A stretch of 64,000 nt of DNA, taken from contig JACDGM010000003.1 in assembly GCA_013815325.1 (NCBI GenBank), positions 12,375 through 76,374 of the forward strand, written 5' to 3'. The notes under the pieces were generated by a model, which searched no databases, had not been told where the DNA came from, and saw nothing but the letters and a program-made list of their open reading frames with translations. The DNA comes from Chthoniobacterales bacterium (GTDB lineage Bacteria > Verrucomicrobiota > Verrucomicrobiia > Chthoniobacterales > UBA10450). The position numbers and the translations under genes were made by a program. Every line of letters starts with the position of its first letter. The stretch's first letter is position 1. Of the stretch, positions 60,049 to 64,000 are shown piece by piece.

Positions 60049-61686
60049 ATGTTCGACTTCCTGCGCCGCACCCAGCTGGTTAAAAAAGGCCTCGCCTCAG
60101 GCAAGAAAAGACGGCGGCGTCCCTCGAATGAAATCCTGCGTAACCTCGAGCACGCGCCTTGGATGAAGATCGTCATCTTCGCCGCCTTCATCGCCGGCTT
60201 GGCCTCGCTCATCTTTAGCGGGCAACAACCTGAGCCGACGAAAAACTTCGTGATTGCGTTGCTCTTTTTCGTCACCGCAGTGGCGCAGCTTTGGATCAAT
60301 CAGCCCAAGACTTTTCTGCGCAATTCACGCGTTTTTCTCGTCTTCGGCATCATTTTCTTTCAACTCGCGATTACCCGGCTGCTCCTCGTCTTGTGCAACA
60401 GCGGCCTCTTCGTTCTGCTCAAGCCGGAGACGGCCTGGCTGATCGCGCCTTATGCTTTCGCGCCCCTCGTCCTCTGCGTGCTCCTCGGGCGCAATCACGG
60501 CCTTTACGGTGCTGTGTTCGTTAGTCTGTGGGGTAGCATCCTCGGCAACAAAATGGATGCGCCGATGCTTGTGAACGGCCTCATCAGCGGCTTCACCGCG
60601 GTTTATCTGACGCTGCAGGTGCGCCGCCGCAGCCGCCTCATTCGCGCGGGGCTTTGCGTCGGGCTTGCCATCTGGCTACTCTCGCTCACCTTCGGGCTCA
60701 TCGGTCCAATTAATCTTTTCAACCCGGGCGCGACCGATTGGAGCATGATCGGTCTTCAGAGCGCCCTCGCGATCGGGAATGGAATCGTCACGGCGATGCT
60801 GGTGGGCGGTGCGCTGCCCATTCTCGAGCATTTGTTTCAAATCACGACCGACATCTCCTGGCTCGAAGCCTCTGACTTGAATCACCCGCTCCTGCGCCGG
60901 ATGACCATCGAAGCACCCGGCACTTATCATCACAGCCTCGTCGTCGCGAACCTTGCCGAATCAGCCGCCGAAGCGATCGGCGCCAACGCCACGCTCTGCC
61001 GCGTCTGTTCGTATTTTCACGACGTCGGGAAACTCGTGAAGCCGGAATATTTCACCGAGAACATGAACTTCGAACGAAACCCCCACGACGATCTCGCGCC
61101 GACGATGAGCGCGCTCATCATCATCGCGCACGTCAAGGAAGGAGTCGATCTCGCCCTTAAGCACGGCCTTAATCAAGAGGTCATTGATGTTATTCAACAG
61201 CATCACGGCACGTCGCTCGTCTTTTACTTCTACAAGCGCGCCCTGCAGCACCTCGAAGACGCGCGCGCCGGCGGCAAGATCATGAAGATGCGCGAGGAAG
61301 ACATCCCGGAGGTTTCGGAGGAAAACTTCCGCTACAGTGGGCCTCGGCCGCAGACCAAAGAGAGTGCTATCATCAGCCTCGCCGACATGGTGGAAAGCGC
61401 TTCGCGCAGTCTGGAAAAACCGACTCCGGCGAAAATCGAGCAACTCGTGAATGACTTGATCGACCAACGGCTGGCCGACCATCAGCTCGACGAATGCGAA
61501 CTGACTTTGCGCGAGCTGCGCACCATCGCCGAGCGCTTCCGCTTTACCCTCATGAATATGCTCCACACCCGTATTGCCTATCCGAAGGAAGGCAAGGCGA
61601 CGAGCGGACGCGCGGAAGGCGAACGCCCCGGCGTCATCATGGGAACGAAACGACCGGCCTCCGCGCCGCCGGTCTCGGCCGCCTAA
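60049..61686 (+). CDS. 7TM-HD membrane phosphohydrolase (PgpH/YqfF-like)
   Basis: Multi-TM N-terminal half, then an HD domain (HHSLVVANLAE...YFHDVGK). Confidence 0.8.
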   Translation: MFDFLRRTQLVKKGLASGKKRRRRPSNEILRNLEHAPWMKIVIFAAFIAGLASLIFSGQQPEPTKNFVIALLFFVTAVAQLWINQPKTFLRNSRVFLVFGIIFFQLAITRLLLVLCNSGLFVLLKPETAWLIAPYAFAPLVLCVLLGRNHGLYGAVFVSLWGSILGNKMDAPMLVNGLISGFTAVYLTLQVRRRSRLIRAGLCVGLAIWLLSLTFGLIGPINLFNPGATDWSMIGLQSALAIGNGIVTAMLVGGALPILEHLFQITTDISWLEASDLNHPLLRRMTIEAPGTYHHSLVVANLAESAAEAIGANATLCRVCSYFHDVGKLVKPEYFTENMNFERNPHDDLAPTMSALIIIAHVKEGVDLALKHGLNQEVIDVIQQHHGTSLVFYFYKRALQHLEDARAGGKIMKMREEDIPEVSEENFRYSGPRPQTKESAIISLADMVESASRSLEKPTPAKIEQLVNDLIDQRLADHQLDECELTLRELRTIAERFRFTLMNMLHTRIAYPKEGKATSGRAEGERPGVIMGTKRPASAPPVSAA

Positions 61687-61689
61687 CGA

Positions 61690-62454
61690 GTGGAGACCTT
61701 CGCGATCGAGCGGGTGCGCGAGTACGGCGCCCGGACCGCGGTCGTGCTCGGCTCAGGCCTTCACTCGTTAGGCGGTAATCCGCCGCACGAGCGAATCATT
61801 CCCTACCAAGAGATAGCCGACCTCCCGCGCTCGAGCGTTAAAGGACACGCCGGCCGCTTTGTCCTCGGCGCGATCGGCGCGGCGCCCGTTGTTTTCGCGC
61901 AAGGGCGCGTCCATCTCTACGAAGGCTACAGCGCGCGGGAGATCACTGCGGGGGTTCGTTTCCTCGCTCGCGCCGGCATCAAGCGCCTCCTTTTGACTAA
62001 TGCCGCTGGCTCGTTGAACACGGATTTTTCGCCGCCATCGTGGATGATGATCACCGATCAGTTGAACCTTTGCGGCGCCTCACCTTTGTCCGGTGGAAGC
62101 AATTTTGTCGACATGACCGATGCCTATGCACCCGCCTGGCGGGAACAATTCGAGGCCGCCGCGAGGGAAAAGCATCTAACGCTACACCAAGGCGTTTACG
62201 CGGGGCTGCGCGGTCCGCAGTACGAAACGCCGGCGGAAGTGAAGATGCTGCGCATACTGGGCGCCGACGCCGTCGGCATGTCTACGATTTGCGAAGCCAT
62301 TCAAGCGCGCGCGCTAGGCTTGGAGGTGGCTGGTCTTTCCTGCCTAACGAATTGGGCTGCGGGCCGAAATTGGTCGCCGCTCGCGCACAGCGCAGTCTTG
62401 GCGGCCGGAGATTCCGCGGCTGGCGTTTTACAGTTACTGGAGGCGGTTTTGTAG
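61690..62454 (+). CDS. Purine nucleoside phosphorylase (PNP/MTAP family)
   Basis: GHAGRFVLG, GPQYETPAEV, MLRILGADAVGMST; GTG start. Confidence 0.8.
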   Translation: METFAIERVREYGARTAVVLGSGLHSLGGNPPHERIIPYQEIADLPRSSVKGHAGRFVLGAIGAAPVVFAQGRVHLYEGYSAREITAGVRFLARAGIKRLLLTNAAGSLNTDFSPPSWMMITDQLNLCGASPLSGGSNFVDMTDAYAPAWREQFEAAAREKHLTLHQGVYAGLRGPQYETPAEVKMLRILGADAVGMSTICEAIQARALGLEVAGLSCLTNWAAGRNWSPLAHSAVLAAGDSAAGVLQLLEAVL

Positions 62455-62491
62455 CCTGACGTGGGAAGGCTCGCGGCGAAGAGGGCTTTTT

Positions 62492-63070
62492 CTATTCGTC
62501 AAGCGGGCGCCGGGCACGCGGTTCCCGGTCTTTGGCCGTCGCAGTGCTTGGCTGGGTCACAAAAGGACCACCTTCCATGGGCGCGGCCGAAGTGAAAGCC
62601 ACATCGGGCATGTCACTCGGCAGACCTTCGAGCGGGAATTCTTTGCGCAACGGAAAGTACGGATAGCCTTCCCACATAAGAATGCGGCGGAGGTCGGGAT
62701 GGTTGTTGAAACGCAGGCCCATCATGTCCCAAATCTCGCGTTCGTGCCAGTTCGCGGTCGGCCAGATGTCGGAGACGGTGTCGACGGTGGGAGTGTCTTC
62801 AGAGAGACGCACTTTGATCCGCAGATGGACCGCGCAGGTCATGGAGTAGAGTTCGTAAACAACCTCGAAACGTGGCTCTTCCCCAAAGTTATCGACGCTG
62901 GAGATATCGAGCAGGTAATCGAAGGATAACTCTTCTTTGCAAAATTTAGCGATCTCCCGGATGTCCCTCGCATCTATGACAAAGGTGGTCTCGCCGCGAA
63001 ATTCGATCCGCTCCAGGATCTTTGTTCCGAATAACTGAGAAAGAGAGCTGAGAAGCTCGGGACCGGTCAT
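62492..63070 (-). CDS. nuoC: NADH-quinone oxidoreductase subunit C
   Basis: NWHEREIWDMMGLRFNNHPDLRRIL. Start set to the ATG at 63070 (MTGPELL) to avoid overlap with nuoB. Confidence 0.85.
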   Translation of the reverse strand: MTGPELLSSLSQLFGTKILERIEFRGETTFVIDARDIREIAKFCKEELSFDYLLDISSVDNFGEEPRFEVVYELYSMTCAVHLRIKVRLSEDTPTVDTVSDIWPTANWHEREIWDMMGLRFNNHPDLRRILMWEGYPYFPLRKEFPLEGLPSDMPDVAFTSAAPMEGGPFVTQPSTATAKDREPRARRPLDE

Positions 63071-63102
63071 CGCGGAGGTTGATGGTTGATGGAGAAAATC
63101 GA

Positions 63103-63660
63103 TTAGACTAACGACTCTATCTTGTCCACGAGGCCTCGTTTTTGCGAAGTGAAGGAGCGTTCGCCGGCGATCTTGTCCTGTAACTTCATAAGACCTTCTA
63201 GGAGAGCTTCGGGGCGGGGCGGACATCCGGAGATATATACGTCAACCGGTAACAGTTGGTCGATGCCCTGGAGGACAGCGTAGGAGCGATACATTCCGCC
63301 GCTGGAGGCGCAGGCGCCCATGGCGATGACCCATTTCGGCTCGGGCATTTGCTCGTAGATGCGCTTGACTGCGAGAGCCATCTTATAGGTGACGGTGCCA
63401 GCGACGATCATGACATCGCATTGCCGCGGGGAGAACCGCATGACTTCGGCGCCAAAGCGCGCGATGTTAAAACGGGCAGAGGCGGTAGCCATGAGTTCGA
63501 TTGCGCAACAAGCAAGGCCCATCGGCATCGGCCAGAGTGAGTTCTTTCGCATCCAATTCATCGCCGCGTCGAGCCGGGTGAAAATGACGTTGCCTTCGAT
63601 CTTTGAATCGTAGGCGGCGGGAACGGGTTGCGGCTTTGCCTGAAGAGCAGCGGTTGTCAC
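63103..63660 (-). CDS. nuoB: NADH-quinone oxidoreductase subunit B
   Basis: [28 protein letters not shown]. The start is uncertain: the in-frame GTG at 63660 is proposed, because the track ORF runs to 63765 and overlaps the upstream gene. Confidence 0.85.
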   Translation of the reverse strand: MTTAALQAKPQPVPAAYDSKIEGNVIFTRLDAAMNWMRKNSLWPMPMGLACCAIELMATASARFNIARFGAEVMRFSPRQCDVMIVAGTVTYKMALAVKRIYEQMPEPKWVIAMGACASSGGMYRSYAVLQGIDQLLPVDVYISGCPPRPEALLEGLMKLQDKIAGERSFTSQKRGLVDKIESLV

Positions 63661-63728
63661 CGCGGACAAGCTAGGGGAGCTAGTCGGGTTGGCAAGCTGG
63701 AACAGTGGAGCGCGGGTTGCGCGGTCGC

Positions 63729-64000
63729 TCAGCAGGCTTGCTGCAATTCGTAAACGGGGCCGCAAGTCGCCTGACTGGATAGAATGGTCTGCTGAACGAT
63801 TCGGCTGAGCGCGGAGGCTTCGTAAGGCTTGGCGATAACACCGCGAAATCCGAAGTCCTCGTAGCGGCTCATGGTTGCGTCAGTGGCGTATCCGCTGGAC
63901 ACGATCGCGTTCACCGTGGGATCGATCTTGAGCAAAGCCTTGAGGGCATCTTTGCCGCCCATGCCGCCGGGCAGGGTAAGGTCGAGAATGACCAGATCGA
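63729..64000 (-). CDS. Response-regulator receiver domain protein, N-terminus outside window
   Basis: ...[37 protein letters not shown]...GVIAKPY. The ORF is open to the window end. Confidence 0.7.
   Translation of the reverse strand, partial: DLVILDLTLPGGMGGKDALKALLKIDPTVNAIVSSGYATDATMSRYEDFGFRGVIAKPYEASALSRIVQQTILSSQATCGPVYELQQAC

Overview
This is a 64-kb bacterial chromosomal segment of roughly 60% GC. The gene content (a PATR-repeat surface protein, a tail-fibre-like adhesin, many low-complexity intergenic hairpins) suggests a Verrucomicrobiota-like soil bacterium, but that is inference only. I can support about 57 protein genes or pseudogenes and one tRNA-Ser(GCU). I found no rRNA and no CRISPR array.

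Layout:
- 1-5331: two hybrid histidine kinases.
- About 5.4-15.0 kb: a decayed integrative island ending at tRNA-Ser. It holds an MFS transporter, an integrase stump, two surface-protein genes and frameshifted phage/plasmid-type genes.
- 15-64 kb: housekeeping genes (moeA, ligD, hemW, speA, purB, metG, xthA, infA, pilT/pilU, purE/purK, tsaC, pyrG, kdsB, gmhB, hldA, phoH, nuoB/nuoC).

Main hunt result: the word GCCTAACGA / TCGTTAGGC. Its 7-nt core occurs about 87 times by hand count, 56 of them as the full 9-mer. Both orientations are equally common and most copies sit inside conserved genes, about one per 0.65 kb. It is written with disfavoured codons (CTA, TTA, AGG), supplies the stop codon of nine ORFs (eight genes plus one remnant), and the full 9-mer is absent from 3.5-12.1 kb. 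This looks like a DNA-uptake-sequence-type genome word. I know of no described function for it.

Secondary results:
- Several families of palindromic or low-complexity intergenic elements. One family donates TAG stops to flanking genes.
- An iteron-like TTCCACG cluster in the island.
- Single-base frame breaks in infA, a histidine kinase, an S8 protease and an adhesin (at a T6 run). These may be assembly indels or real lesions.

All counts and coordinates were made by eye and may be off by a few.
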